Source: Trichinella spiralis (lineage: Eukaryota). Taken from it: DNA of 64,000 bases. A program made the position numbers and the translations under genes. Numbering within the stretch: the first letter of the stretch is position 1; the number at the start of each line of letters is the position of its first letter. The notes under the pieces are model-generated. The model was not told the DNA's origin, made no database searches, and saw nothing but the letters and a program-made list of their open reading frames with translations. The DNA lies in NCBI RefSeq assembly GCF_000181795.1, contig NW_003526945.1, forward strand, positions 597,492-661,491, written 5' to 3'. Shown piece by piece: positions 12,138 to 26,700 of the stretch.

Positions 12138-15100
12138 TGGCGGCAGTGTTGTAAACCTGACAGGGGCGAAGCCTTTGGGTTCTGTTCGGTCGCAGAGCAT
12201 GAGCAGATGCGCCTTATTGAATGGCAGGTTGAGCTTGGCTCCAAAATTTGGCGGGTATCTAACCCCCAATTCTGAAAATGTGAACAAATCAATCAAACAA
12301 AACAATTCAACATGTATATACATATGTGTGTGTGTGTGTGTGTGTCGAAAATCAAAACATCTCAAAAGCACCCGTTCTGCGCAAACGTTGCTCTTTGGCA
12401 GCTATTTGACGCGTCTTGCATTATTTAAGTAGACTTTTGATAAGAGAAAAAAATGCTTTAACCGTGTTGGAATTCTGGTAGTCATAGAGGACTATGATAA
12501 ACTGTTGTATGACAACTAGTTGTCACGTACACAGACAGGCGTCAACCACTGAAACGACTAGGCAAATTTACGGATGCCACGATAACGTCATTCAGAAGCT
12601 AACGTTCTATTGGTACAAAGTAGAAAACTGGAAAACTTTTCATCGCATGCATGCTATCCACTTATACAACAGTAAACAAAAAAACAATGATAAACTTTTA
12701 TAATAATGTTAATGAAACTCAGAATTTGGAAAGCAAACAGTTAACTAGTTTCCATGCCATGCAACGCTAGCTGAGACACCTGAACCATTGGTTGAAAGTT
12801 GGTTGATTTGTCCAAAAGTTTTAATCACATATCAAATAATGATTATAATATGATGATGATGATGATAATAACAGCATATGGGCTTGAAAAGAGAGAGAGA
12901 GGGTGAACAAAACAAAAAAAAGAGAGAAAGAGAAGCACCTCGTTCAGAGTGGTTAGAAATAGCTGTGATGTTGAAGTGAAAAGTTGGATGTGATGCTTGA
13001 AGTTGTAGTAGAGGTCGTTTTAACGTTCACTATTGGTTAGAAGCAGCCGATGGCGAATCAGATTGTTCGTCATTTGGCGACTTAAGCGATTTTGCATAGG
13101 CAGACTAGACAAACATACTATGTGCTAACAGTGGTCATCTTTGATTTGAGGCATTTCGCGCGGCCAATATCACTTCGACGCCTACGCTTCACAGCTTTCG
13201 CGCTGGGGCCGTCAAAAAACCCCACCACTGGCGATGAATTGTGGAACCAGTATGCATCTTTTGACAGATGAAAATGCCGCTTTATATAAATTAGCACCGC
13301 TTTATAAAATTTTGACTCAACTTTTGCGATTAGTGAAGCAAGCAACTTTCAAATATTAATAAAAAGCACGTTTGCCACATCGGATCTGCTTTGCTAAATG
13401 GATATGTGAATACATATTTCAATTATTCATATGATGCTTTTTTGTTGAAAATCATCTTCTATAAATAGCAAAACTATGTTATTTATCAGAAATTATTTTT
13501 CTAATGAAAATAATAATCTTTGTAAAAGAAAATGGAATCGGTTCGACAAAGAATGAGAATGAGTGCAGTAAGATTGAACGTGACAGAAGTTACTGAAAAA
13601 AGCGAAATATCAGAACGATCTTGAACTGTCTGAATTATGATTAATAGTAAAGTTTGCACTATTATAAAGCATTTGCTCGAAGATTAAAAGAGAAAATTAA
13701 TGGTACTGGATGAGATAATGAAATTTCAAGCTTACGTTGACAAAATGCTTCAGTTGTCAATAATAGAGAATGAATATCTTTTGGAATACAATTTTTATTA
13801 TTATGACCAGAATTAGAATTTCGCTAGAAAATAATTGAGTTGTTTTACGACTGCCATGAATGTATCTTTTTTTACATTGATAATTGTGAAAGAAAGTGGA
13901 AGTTATATATATATATATATGTATATAGAGAGCAAGTTTTGCATAAATAAACTCATCCAGTAGGTAGATTGATTACATGGCAACCATAATTAGTATGTCT
14001 TTTAATTCAGTCGTCGATTTGAACTTAAGCAAACATAAAGGTTACCAATTGAATTGTTGGTACTGCTGACTATCGACATTGAGATCTAGTGATTAGATTT
14101 GATTTGTAATTTTTAAAAATTTAGCAATACATATGCAATAATGCATTTTCACCTCGATAACGACCATACCGCTAATTGAAATACACTGTGTGCGTGCGTG
14201 TGTGCTATGAAAGTTTAGGCAAATTTTTATTTCAATTACATTTTCATAATTCAGAATTAACAGTATTGAAGAAATGAGCAAGATGTACGTACGATTTTTC
14301 CTCCATTTTATTGAAATATTGAAATCAAAATTCCAACACAAAAATAGGTATGTTGTGTGAAGAAATGAACAGAAATAGAAATATAATACGAAAGGTTTCC
14401 TTTTTTCCTTCTATTTATAAATATACAATTTTGTGCAAATTAAACAATTGTTCCAAATGAGTCAGCTGTTCGATGAAATGTTTGCTTAACAGCACTGTCT
14501 GGAGTAATTCTCAATTGCAGATGACGTTATAAATAAAGGTAAACATGGGACAAAAAAGTGCGATTATTCCTTTTTACAATTTATGCTTATTATCTGATAA
14601 AGTTTGATCATTTGATGAATAAAGAGAGTTGCTCCTTTGAGAAAAAATACCTTTTAATTGAAAAAAGGAAATTGCTTATTTTTTAATCAAATGTCGATCA
14701 CATTGATGATCCTTTGTGGACAATCATCAACAGCGACGGTGTGTCTTTGTTACTGACCTTATATGCATGCTATTCTGATGATAAATGTAAAATATAGGGG
14801 ATGGAAAATACTTTTTTATTGAATAGTGGAGAAAGCGACGGGCTTTTATTGTTGTTAGATCAGTTGAAAATGGAAAATGATTAGCGGCACACAACTGATG
14901 ATGATTAAAAAAATGTAAATGTAAAACCTTCAAAAAGGTGACGTACTGTTGTTGTGTTGTACTGCATGAAAATGCGAGAATCCACTGTACGACCCTGACA
15001 TGCATAAATTCTTTGATCAAGATTGTAATTTAAACTTTTATAAAAGTAAAAAATTTGTATTTTCAAATGAGAAATAATATTTAAAAAGGCAAACGGACAA

Positions 15101-18100
15101 GTATCTTTTGTTGTTTTTTGTTGAGCATAAATGATGAATTGACTGAACAGATTTTGATCATATTTGAATAAGTTGCAAATCAAACCGAACGAGTGGTTCA
15201 TTGAAAAGCGTTGATTTTGATGAAAAATCATCATCCTATTACAAATATAATAGTATTTTATTGTTGAAAACAGTGTCTTAGCATTTTTGACAACGTCTAA
15301 CATTTAAACGAATAACACGTACTAGTGTGTTCTTGTTTCCTGAATCGTTTTCATTCCTCATTTTTGAAAGCAACATTAACATTCTTGTATACGTCTTACT
15401 TGTTCTATAATAACACATCTGGATAATATATAGGGAAAATTTATGCTTCAATTTGAAAGTCAACTGAAAAACATTTATGACTACTTTTTTTTGTACTCTA
15501 CTACCACGTGCACAAGTTTCGTGTATAATTAGCTAAAAGGATAGAATGTAAGATTTAGAAAAAAAACTTGCACCTTTCTCTATATCATATTCATTTTTGA
15601 ACAATAAATTATTGTGCATAATGAAAAACTGCTTTTGCACATCTGCTTTGAAAAGGTGAAAAACTTATGCTAACGTTAGATTAGATAATAGCAATCGTAA
15701 GAAGAAGTCTGGGGAAACATTTTTATGCATTAAGTGAATAATTTTCCAGGATAAAACATGAAATGTGAAAAAAAATATACTTATAGATTTTATTGAAACC
15801 AAAGTTTGTGAATACTATAGTTCAAGCTTCAGCTTTTCTTTTTTCTTATTCCACTTTTAAATGAATATGCATGTATATATATATATATATGTATATGTAC
15901 GTAAATGATCGTAGAGTGAATCTTGAAATTTCTTAAATAGAGTGCAAAATAGATTATGCAAATGCTAAATTCCGTGTATTAAATAAAATCATGTTAAGTG
16001 AATGTTTGACGAGTATGTTTTGAAGAAAGAGAAATCGAATTCTAACAAGAGGGAGTTGCAGGTGTTAGTTTTTCAAAGCAAGAAAAGAATCTAAATTCCA
16101 CTGGAGTTATTATTTGCATATAAAACGTAGGTGGCTTTGGTAAAATGGGAAATGTTGAACTGTGAAATCACACAGTTCGCGGTAAATTTGCATAACCTAT
16201 TAGAGTAGTTTGAATATTGGAAAAAAAACCAATGCGATGATAAAATTTATAGAATTATTATAAAATACGTACTGTTACCGAATGTGCAGTTCTATTTGAA
16301 AGAAGAGAATGTGAAAAATTTTTTTGAAATTGAAAGACTACACCAACACGATTCAGTTAAATGGCCATTTCACTGGTGCGGCATCTTTTTAAAGCAGACT
16401 ACAACAAACAGCATAAGCCAACAGCTAGATGAATCACGTTGATTTTATTCTTTAAACCAGAAGGGGCATTTGTTTAAGATTGGGCTCTCTTTTTTATTAA
16501 AAACAGTTTAGCCAATCATTGTCAACAACAAGAAAACTGGCCGTCAAAAGTGTATAAAGTTTTTAGCTAAAGTCTGGTCAAAAACTGGCGCATCTGGTTC
16601 ACTTTTCGAGGGTTAAACAAACCGCCGCCTCCTATACCAGCTGAAAGAAAAGCACAACTTATTCTAATATTCTTCGCTCGAACATATTGCTCCAGTGCAG
16701 CAGACCTTTCTGAGAAAAAACAACTGACTAACTCAGACGGGGGCTTATTATTTTTTTTCCCCCTTCACATTCGCTTGTCATCCTTGATTAGATCCGATTG
16801 CATGCATACAAGCGCATGACGATGGTCATTTGCAATTCTTCAAAAGTAGGTACAAAATTCTGTTGACATTGGCGGTGTCACATCCCAGACTTGGCAATCC
16901 TTAATAACTAATACTAATTTGCACTACAGATAAGATAAGTTCCAATAAGATGAGCGTCAGTCCAAAAGTAAATTTCAGGAAAAAAAATTTTTTTTCAAAA
17001 TTTGCTCTGCTAATAAAGATTTTGAATGAAAGAATGAATAATTTTGCCTTTTTTTCTTTCCATTTTTCATTTTCATGATGATTTCCATGCAATTATCCAA
17101 CATTTTCAACCTGAGGTTTTTAAAACTTTTCAAAATGCTATCTTCTCCTTTTTAATGTAAATTATTTTAACATATGCAAATCACTGTGTCTATTTGATTG
17201 AATCTTCTGATCTCAGAGCATCAAAATAGGCAACAATCCTTTTTTCTCAATATATATATATATATACATATTTTTAAGTAACGTTTTTCAAATTTAATTG
17301 TATTACTACACATTTTGAAATGTATAACTGCGTGTGTGTGTGTGTGTGCATAAAATTATTTTATCTATTGGTAATTTACATTGTGAATTTAAGAAATATA
17401 ATTATTAATTTCACGCACTGATTGCTGATTGAAAAATAATATTGTGGTTGTTTCAATTGTGAAAAAAGAAAATCGAAAATTCCTTTCCAAGTTAAAAAAA
17501 ACTGTAAAAGGGGCTATGCAATAAATAATAGAACAGCGAATGAAAAAACGTTCAAAAATTGCACTTTGTACATCACATTCAGTAATGAAATCGATGCGAT
17601 TTTTCTAATGAAAACTAACCCTGAACGGATTATTTGGAGCGGAAAATACTGATTTTTGCAACTTGACACAATGCCAAAGATTGCAGATAATTTCTTCACG
17701 CATTGCAAAATTTGTACATTTTCATTTCCCCCAAATCAGCCTATCATCATCACACGTATTATAGTACATTATTAAACTAAAAGCATGCTATCTATATCTA
17801 TCTGTCTATTTATTGTGTGCTATAATTTGAAATTCTTTTTGAAAAAAGAAAATCGTCATAAATAATAGCAGAAAAGTAATATAATGGTAAAGTGAGTAAT
17901 AAAAATCTGTTATTGTAATATGAGCGAAGTAGAATATTTATTTTGAGCATTGATTAGCAAGATTGAAAGCGCTCCGTTTTGTATGTAAAAGTACACTGCA
18001 TTTATATGCAAAAGAAAAGCAATTCACATATTTCAATTCAATGTGATCTACTTACTCATCTATGCAAATATTTGTAATTTCTTTGAATCATATTTAACAT

Positions 18101-18395
18101 TATATTATTCAGCTGAACAATATAAGAACAAAGTTATTTTATTTTAGTGATATTTGGTTTGAAATTGATAAGTTAGTTAATTTAGTTTGAAATTAAGAAG
18201 TTAGTTATTATGATAATATTTAAGGGAAAAAAGTTTACAGTTAATATTTACTATAATAAAAAAAACACCAATATATATATATATATAAGAAAATTTGTCA
18301 CCCTTTGATGAAGTATGTAAATTGGAAGTAATTCGACTTGAATGACAGAATCAAAGAAAGGTAAAATCTTTTGCAAAGGCAAATTATCCGTATGA

Positions 18396-18397
<2 letters not shown>

Positions 18398-18450
<53 letters not shown>
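18398..18450. repeat. (TA)n microsatellite
   Basis: About 26 uninterrupted TA units. Confidence 0.95.
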
Positions 18451-18452
<2 letters not shown>

Positions 18453-19330
18453 CTGGTGTGGTTTCATTCCGTTCCGGGCACGGCTGGCGTTTGGCGTTGG
18501 AATGTTTACGAATTCTAAAATTTAGCTAACATTGCCATCTGGCGACATTTATATCGAGTTTAGCTTATGCGCATTTGGGGAAAAGGGTAAATGTTAACTG
18601 CTCTTATTTCAGTAGGCACTTTTGCAATTGCGGTGTTTTTTTCCAAAACATGCTTTATCTAAATCCACAACAATCACACTGGCTTATCACATTTCATGCT
18701 TCATTCTTACTAAAAAAAGTAGTTGTCTAATTTTGGAGGGAGGCCCGGGGCTGTAAAGTTCATAATGTTTCCATCGTGTTCGTTCATGGGCTTCAAGCAT
18801 TTCAAACGCATGCCAACACACGTATTCTTTGGACAGACGAACCACCTAGCTTTGGATTTGAATACACATGCTAAAGCAGAAACGTGAAACAAACAACAAA
18901 TGCTAATTCAGCTGATCGCAGATCTACTAGAGTCAGTGAGATAGAGACTATAGATAGATAGATGTTCTTTCAGTTCTTCTTCCATGCCAAAGCAGTTCAC
19001 TTTCATTCATTTTAATTGATAATTCTGATAATGTCGTTCATATTTGAAGACACAAATTACAATAATTTTTTACATCATTTTCAGCTTACGCAATTTTGCA
19101 TAATGATGCTAAATTGTGTTTTTTTATTTCGAATTGATTTAATAAACATAAATTAGGTTTTGCTTTTTGAGATCATTCTTGTCAAGTATTAAGTCTCAGT
19201 CAGGCGTGAGTATATATATATTTTACGTTAGGGCATAATACCACTATTTATGTGTATGCATTATCTTATGAAAACCTTTTCATTTACCAATGTTATATTG
19301 TATAATCTGGGTTATTATTGAATTCAGTAT

Positions 19331-19363
<33 letters not shown>

Positions 19364-22300
19364 GAACATTTACGATAGTGATATTATTATAAACAAAATA
19401 CCGATAATAGCATTTCTGATAATTTTATGATGATAAAATAAATTTTAACTTTTCACTGTGTAAATAGAAAGATGAAAATGTCATAATCAAAAGATGAAAT
19501 ATAAAATTTGCACTGCTTTGCTTAAGTAACCAAATTAACTTTTTCATCTGCCAACATACAGCGAACTGATAACATTCCAGAGATTCAAGTTAATTATTTA
19601 AGTAAACAGTCGTGACAATCAGCGGACAAAGTTTCATCATATGAGAACACATGTTGAAGCAGAAAATGTTATCAAAATAATTCATAACTTTTCTCTGCAC
19701 ATGATGAATTTTATAAAAAGTTTCACTTTACTAATGACTGTTGAAAAATAATAAATTTCTACTTATTCAGAATTGCCAAGAATGTTTTATATTAATTAAT
19801 ATAGACTCTCAGATAATTGCAAACTACGAATTTGAATGAATGCACGTGATGTCATGCATAAATCAGAATAATGCTTTACTCCGTTAAGCGGGAAAAATCA
19901 TATGATATGTTGTGTTGCCAGAGCTTCTTTATTTTTTTTTCATCATTTCTGAACACATGGTTTTCGTATAACTATCATAGTACAAGTGTTATTGAACCTT
20001 CCAACTGCAAGCAGCTCTTGGGTAGAGGAAAATTTTAGTGAGTTAAAAATAGCAAAGTACTTATTTATTTATAATTCGATCATTGGCGTTTCTTTGAGTC
20101 ATTAGTCGTTTTATAGCAGTGTGCAAAAAATTCGAATATCGAATTGTTGATTTTGTTAAAAAGTTTTAGTAAGTGAAATTGAGCACTTCTGCTTTTTAGC
20201 TTGAAAAAGCTGCAGCACGATGTTGTTTCAGTTTCGTATGTTTTGGGTATTTGCAAAATCAAAATGTATGAAATCAACTTTTCACATGTAATAAATGCCT
20301 CACAGATGCACATAAGCGCGGCAGTTTGTTACTCGTATGCAAATATGACGATCGTGTTGGCAATATTTTTAGGAAAATGAAAAGTCACTAAAGAATGTAG
20401 ATGATCCGTTTTTCTTTTTTAAGCCAACGCCTTGAAAAGAACGGAGGCATTTACAGGCGTGGTTGAACCGCTATTGCCATGGGCACTTGGAACACAAACT
20501 AGCTAGTTTATAAAACACTTCTACTTATGTAACTGCAAATATGAACCATTTTTCAAGGACGGTCACGCTGACAGTTTTATAAATTAATTTGTATTGGTGC
20601 CCAACTTGTGCAAAACAGATTAATTTTCTGGAAAGTACTGTCTGCAGTTTTATATGATAGTCTACATGCTGACAGTGTTGCATTTCTCATTTCAAAGCTT
20701 TGAAAACCATCTCCGTTTAATATATGAAGAATTTGTGATGCATTTGCTAATGTCAAAATCATAATTTGTCACTTGAACAGATCTGTTTTGAAAAATATAA
20801 ACCTTAACATTAGCAACAACTGAACTGACTACATGCTTATATTTCTAAATCCACAGTTATTTCCAGCAGTGCATAAAATATCCATCACTAGCAATTCCAA
20901 AGGCTAACATGCAATATCACACCATCGGCTTTGGAGATATTGCACCCGAAAACCATAAACTGCATTTCTTTTATTAATAATCTTAATTTTAATAATTGAT
21001 CATCTTAAATATATGATTTGCAGTGAGGCTTTTTGATGTTTTTTGTTGCTGGTAACTTTTTTATTAATATAAAAAATGTTTATTATCCAGACATTGTATT
21101 GTTCACAAATTCATCAGTATTAAACATTTTAGCATTTCGTAAATGTACAAGATAACTTATCGTGTGTGACTTTAATTTTACACGAGCCAATGTAGTTTCA
21201 TTTAATTGAAAACATCATCAGAATGGGAAAATACCAACTGCAGTGCTGAATTCCCATTTTCAAGATTCAGTGTTTTGAATATTCATAGAATGACATGTTC
21301 ATTTTGTAAAATATGCTTCAAATTTTCAATAGTGATAATAATTCGTGCATTTTGCTTTTTTTATTCGAAGCTTAAGGGCTAGTTTTCTTCTTTCAAACAC
21401 ATGTTCGTAGGAAGGAGATAAACTATTTATAAAATTAAGCAGTTAGGCGATGCATTGATAGAATTTTAAAAATTATTCCATTCTCCTCGTACAGAATACG
21501 CCATCATAATTGAACAACAATATTTGTGTAGTTACTTTGATTAATTTTCTGACAATTGCTGTACGCATTTATGGTGTGTTTCGTGTATTCAATAAAAATA
21601 CAGTTATATATATATATAAGTCAGTTTAAAAACTTGTTGAAAAAAAATATTACTTTGTTAGCATATTGTGTGTAGCAAATTAAACAGTAAAATAAAAAAA
21701 ATTGCTTTTTTACTTACCAGTGGAAAGGGAGTTTAAAATGTCTTGGGAAAGAGTTTCGATTAATTGCAGAACGTTTTTAAATTATTTGAGAAGAGCAAAA
21801 TAAAAAAAAATTAGGAATCAAAAATTTTAGCAGTGAAAAGTAAAAGTTTTATGTAATTAGCAAACGATGTCACAACTTCTGACATAAAGCGAATGAATGA
21901 TGACGTGAGATGGGCGGCCACTAACTTTTGTGGCAGGTTTTCCAACACAAATGCAGGTCATGCCCGGCCAAAAATACGACATACAGTGCATTTTCACTTG
22001 AAGAACCTTTGATGATGATGCTATTTATTAAGCGAACTTATCCAAACCAAGTGACCCTTATTTATTATCACAAGGACAATATATATAGATATCCTTATGA
22101 AAAAAGGGAATTTCTATTGCACAAGCATGTCGACATATGTATTTATTGCATGAAATTTTAAAAGCGAGACAAAGTAAATAAATAAATAAATAAATATACA
22201 TGTGCAATTTATTAATTTAGTGTTTAGTGGGAAAAATAATAATTTAAATAACTGACACTAGTAAGTAAGTAAGTATGAAAGTTCCCACCTGCGTTGATGA

Positions 22301-23683
22301 TCGGCTTCAATTAAGTGGTCGTCAACAACTAACTGAGCAACATCACAGAACGCTTGCTGTTCTGATGACGGAACGCGGACAGCTTGTCACTAACGACATG
22401 TCGACATCGTTGCAAATTGTCAGCAATTGAATATGCAGTGCTTTTTTTGGAGAGTACAAAAAGCGCTGAACAAGAAAGCTAGGTGGAAAGTTTTAAAATG
22501 ACAAAATATGGGATATGTAAAAAAAAGCGTCTGACTGGGCTGATTGGTATGTGTTTTTTCTTCTTGGCGTAAAATTCAAACTTTTCACATTTCTCAAGCT
22601 GATGTTTGTGGTGTTGGAGGCAAGAAGCCGGTCTTGATTTCATTTTTCATTTCCACTAGAAAATAGAACCACTCGATGTCAACTAGACCCAGTCTGATCT
22701 GACAGCAGAAAATACCCCTCTACCCCTACCCCTCCCCCTCATTCACTGAAAACGACACCTCCTCTTCCACGTGACATTTGGAACTATTATTTTCTTCTGT
22801 TTGTTTTTATACTGTTTACAACTTTTTTGAATTTACATGATCAGGATAAAAAGCATAGTTAGTTGCTTCATTAAGTTTTTTTTTCTCTTCACAACTACTA
22901 GTAGTGCATTTATTATGAAATTATTTATTTTCCATCTTCATCACAGTTGTGCACACAGGTTGGATAGAAAAGAAAAAATATATAGAAGTATTGCAAATGT
23001 GAAATTCACATGTCATTTTCTGGCTGAATTTTACAATTTTGAAATATTTCATTCTTCAAAAACAGAAGAGATGACGTTTTTCTAGAAGTGGATTCGTGTA
23101 CTCGTAGAGTAGAATTTGTTGTTGTTCATGTATATTCAAAAATCGGTTATCACCGCTAGCAAGTTGATCTACTTTTGGTCAACTGTTTTCTGGAAGCGAA
23201 ATCCTATTTATCGTTGTTAATTAAGATAAATTAAAACTTTCCTTCGCTTCCAGTTCTCAAACCAATCCTTGAAATATTTTCAATCTGATTTCGTAAATCA
23301 CCAATTTTCATCTCCATTCTCTGAGACAGTTCAATCGTATCTATCAGTTTGTACCAATTATTTCAATTTCTGTTGTTTTATTTTTCTTTTGTAACTTATT
23401 GCAACATTTTACAACATCTCAATCATAATAATGTTCATTTATCATTTAATTTCAATTCTCGATTATGATGTGACAATGACAACGGCAAACTTGAAAATCA
23501 GGTGAAAAATCACCAAGTATACCATTCTCTGTTTTTCAATAAAATATACTTTTCCAGGTATTGAATAAAAGAACGAGAACGGGATTTTGGGATAAAGTTT
23601 AGATGAATAATAATACTCATACTAATACTAATACTACTAATAATAATAAAATAATTTGTTTTCAATTGCGACTTTCATCATCG

Positions 23684-26600
23684 TCAGGTATCATCACGAA
23701 CAGTGCGCAACGTTGAAATCAAAATATCGCCAACAGTAACGGTTTTTCTGCTCACCACCTCGCCAGTGCTTTTGCATATCAATTGCACATCAATAACAAG
23801 ATGTTCCTGAAAAACAAATACAATTTAATAATTTAAACCAATTCAAAGTGTTCCATCTCTTTTTCCAAGCAGTGTTTACTTTCAATTTTTGCAAATGATT
23901 CAGCTGAGTTTTCAACGCTAATCGCTTGCGTCGCCCTAATTCAACAACAGAAGAGATGGGCTTCAAAATCTAAAAAATTTAAACAATTAAATAATGAACA
24001 AATAAAATTTTCATTTATATACACCAACAGACGCGTCATTTTTTAATACCTCGGGAAAGATTAAATTTGTACTGTATTTTTCATTGTAATCCGGATTAGA
24101 TGAACAAGGGGGAAAAATCGAAGCGTATACAAGAACGAGGTTGCTGAAGAATGCATAAAAGTCAAACCAGATCGTAATGGACACGTCAAAAGTTTCGAAT
24201 GCAACTTGAAGCGGTTCTGGAAGTTCTGTAATAATTGAGTTTATATATATCGAGGAAATAGGCATAATTTGAGACGCAAAAGTAAAAGTAAAATGAGCAT
24301 ACGGTGGATTTGTTGCCATCGACAGGTTCTCAAGTCGAACGTTTCCGTATGCCCTGTGTAAATCAGCGGGTCGGCAAGACTGCGAGATTTGCTCAGGTTC
24401 GTACGAATTTCTGGAAATTGAAATTTTCTCGCTCGATCATCCATTTCCAAGTCTGTTGAGAAACAGTAAAGCGTTTATTTGACGAATGATCTCATTGATC
24501 TTTCGTTGTAAATTCACGATTACATGAAAATAACATTCAAAAGAAAGATATATATATATATATATACCTTGCATGACAAGAGTAAGAACTTCAGCAATGG
24601 GCTTTTCAAGTTTTACATATTTTTTCAGATATTTCATGAAAACTCCATTTGATTCGCCAACAATTTCATACGCACCTTCTCCAAAGCTACTGAAAACATC
24701 ACCATGAACTGTACGTATTTAGACAGAAAAACAAGAAGAAACAAGCATACGTAGCGTAACCAATTATACAATTTCGTTTGACTCGAGGAGTGTAACGTTT
24801 GAAATCTTTTTCTGGAATTTCAAAATTTTCTTGTCTGTCAATAAATAAATCAACATTCTTAATTCTGTAAACGCTTAATAATTGCTTAACATGCTAACCT
24901 TCGACAAATGTCTAAAAATATGACACTAACAGCAGGATCCATTTCTTGCATCATTGTTAAAATTTCCTCTGTGCATAGACATTCATTAAACGATTCCATG
25001 TGGTTTTTTACATCAGTAGGAAGCAAATAGCATTGTCCGCCGACTTCAAATCCGTGGCCGACAAAATAAAGAACAGCTGAAATTGTAACAAATCATCATT
25101 CATCAGTACTGTTTGAGAATATGGAGTGAACTTTGAATTCAATAAAATTATATTTTTACCATAAACGCCACTACCAAGAAGTTGACAGTACTCCCTAATC
25201 ATGAAGTGCATTTCTACTAAAGTGAGATCTGCCAAAGTGACTGTCTTAAAACCAAGCTGAATCAAACATTCCGCCAAAGTACTGCCATCTTGAAAAGGTG
25301 TCAACAACGCTGGTATATTTTCATATTTAGAATTGCATATTATCAAAGCGACTTTGTCTACAGCATACAGTTTGCTTTCCAAATCAACATTTACATTTCC
25401 AATTGGAACAACATCCTGAACAACGAATACAACTTACAGCAGAACAGCAGAAATAGAAGAAAAGAAAAATTCACTTTGGATTTCAAGTCAGAAATATCTG
25501 ATACACTTTCATCTTTGGAATAAACTGAAGAATTTCGAGAATTTGCTAAAAGAAATAAAAAAATGAAAGCATCAGAAAAGAAAAATTAATTTTAGTTTCC
25601 ATCAATAACAGGATACTTTCTACTGCTTCTTGTTCATCATCTTTTTCTTCAAGCTTAAACCCAGTGTTGTCTACATGAATACTGATCGTCTGCAAAGCAG
25701 ACTTGTATTGTTTACCATTTTTAAAGTAAAATTCACCCCATTTATCACTTCTGTTAACTTCATTTGAAATAATGCAATAATACCAAGCACCTTGAGAAAG
25801 ACTTCTGCAAATTTAAAACAGATATGACAACAAATTGAATGCACACGTTGATTTACAGTTACTTTCTGTCGATAACTAAAGTGTTATTTGATTCGTCTGT
25901 ATCTATTATATTCCCATCGCAATACCAATGATATTTTGGATATGGAAAACCAGTTGCCGCACAAGCTAAAATCCCGTTACTTGTGGAAGAATTCTCCACA
26001 ATCAAATGAAGCTGTTCGACAATGATTACAGGTTCTAAAAATGAATGAAAAATAAATCATTACTATTATATAAATAAAAAGAAAAGCTTTAAAAATTTTT
26101 TACATATCTTACAGGTTCTGAAATTTATTCCTGCAAATCGTGATGTACTGTATGTCATATTGAAACAACGAGTTTTGCAAAAACATATAAAACTTGTAAT
26201 TATTAACACCATTTATTTATTTATTTATTTATTATCAGGAATAGAGTCATATGGTAAATTATGTTCGAATAAATCAAATGCAATGATACTTACGAAATTT
26301 TCTGTGTAAAATGAGCTGCGGTTCAACTAAATGAGCTTCGTGACAATAAATCAACAGCTCTGCTACTGTAGTCTGTCGTCTTCCTAAAAAGTGTAGCAAC
26401 GCTTCCGTAGGGGATTTGGACTTTTCGAGATTTCTTATTACATCAGAACTGAAACACAAACAAGTACAAGATGTAGCTGTTGAGAATAATACACGGCATA
26501 ATTGATTATTCAAACATTTTTGCAGTTAAAGAGATTGCATAAAATTTTCACCTGGTCATATTCGACAGTGGAATATGTTCAACAAGTTGTTTCCATTTGG

Positions 26601-26700
26601 AATTGGTATCCAAAGACGACGACAAATGTTTCGCAGTTAACCAGGGAATATCTTCCAGTGTTGTTTTACTGGAGAATCTGGAACCGGAGTTGATATCCAT
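23684..26700 (-). CDS. malt-1: MALT1-type paracaspase (death domain, Ig domain, caspase-like domain, C-terminal Ig-like region), ~637 aa
   Basis: Exons 26700-26552, 26448-26294, 26034-25863, 25804-25617, 25545-25475, 25415-25160, 25076-24899, 24834-24751, 24689-24568, 24452-24303, 24225-24050, 23969-23880, 23806-23684; phase-consistent (1914 nt). Death domain (WKQLV...SPTEALLHFLGRRQTTVAELL); Ig (LACAATGFPYPKYHWY...GAWYYC); paracaspase A.DKVALII.N..Y; catalytic His in YFVGHGFE and Cys in FLDICR; NCIIGYATSFGEGAYE, NGVFMKYLKK, QFPEIRTNLSKSRSLADP. Confidence 0.93.

Noticed and set aside
18451..18930. Possible Helitron-like insertion beside the (TA)n tract (starts TC, ends CTAG)
   Set aside because: Flanks do not fit A|TC...CTRR|T, there is no convincing subterminal hairpin, and no second copy in the window.
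22318..22398. Hairpins near 22343-22369 and 13047-13079 as pre-miRNA candidates
   Set aside because: Stems are too short or interrupted for a pre-miRNA, and I recognise no known mature miRNA sequence.
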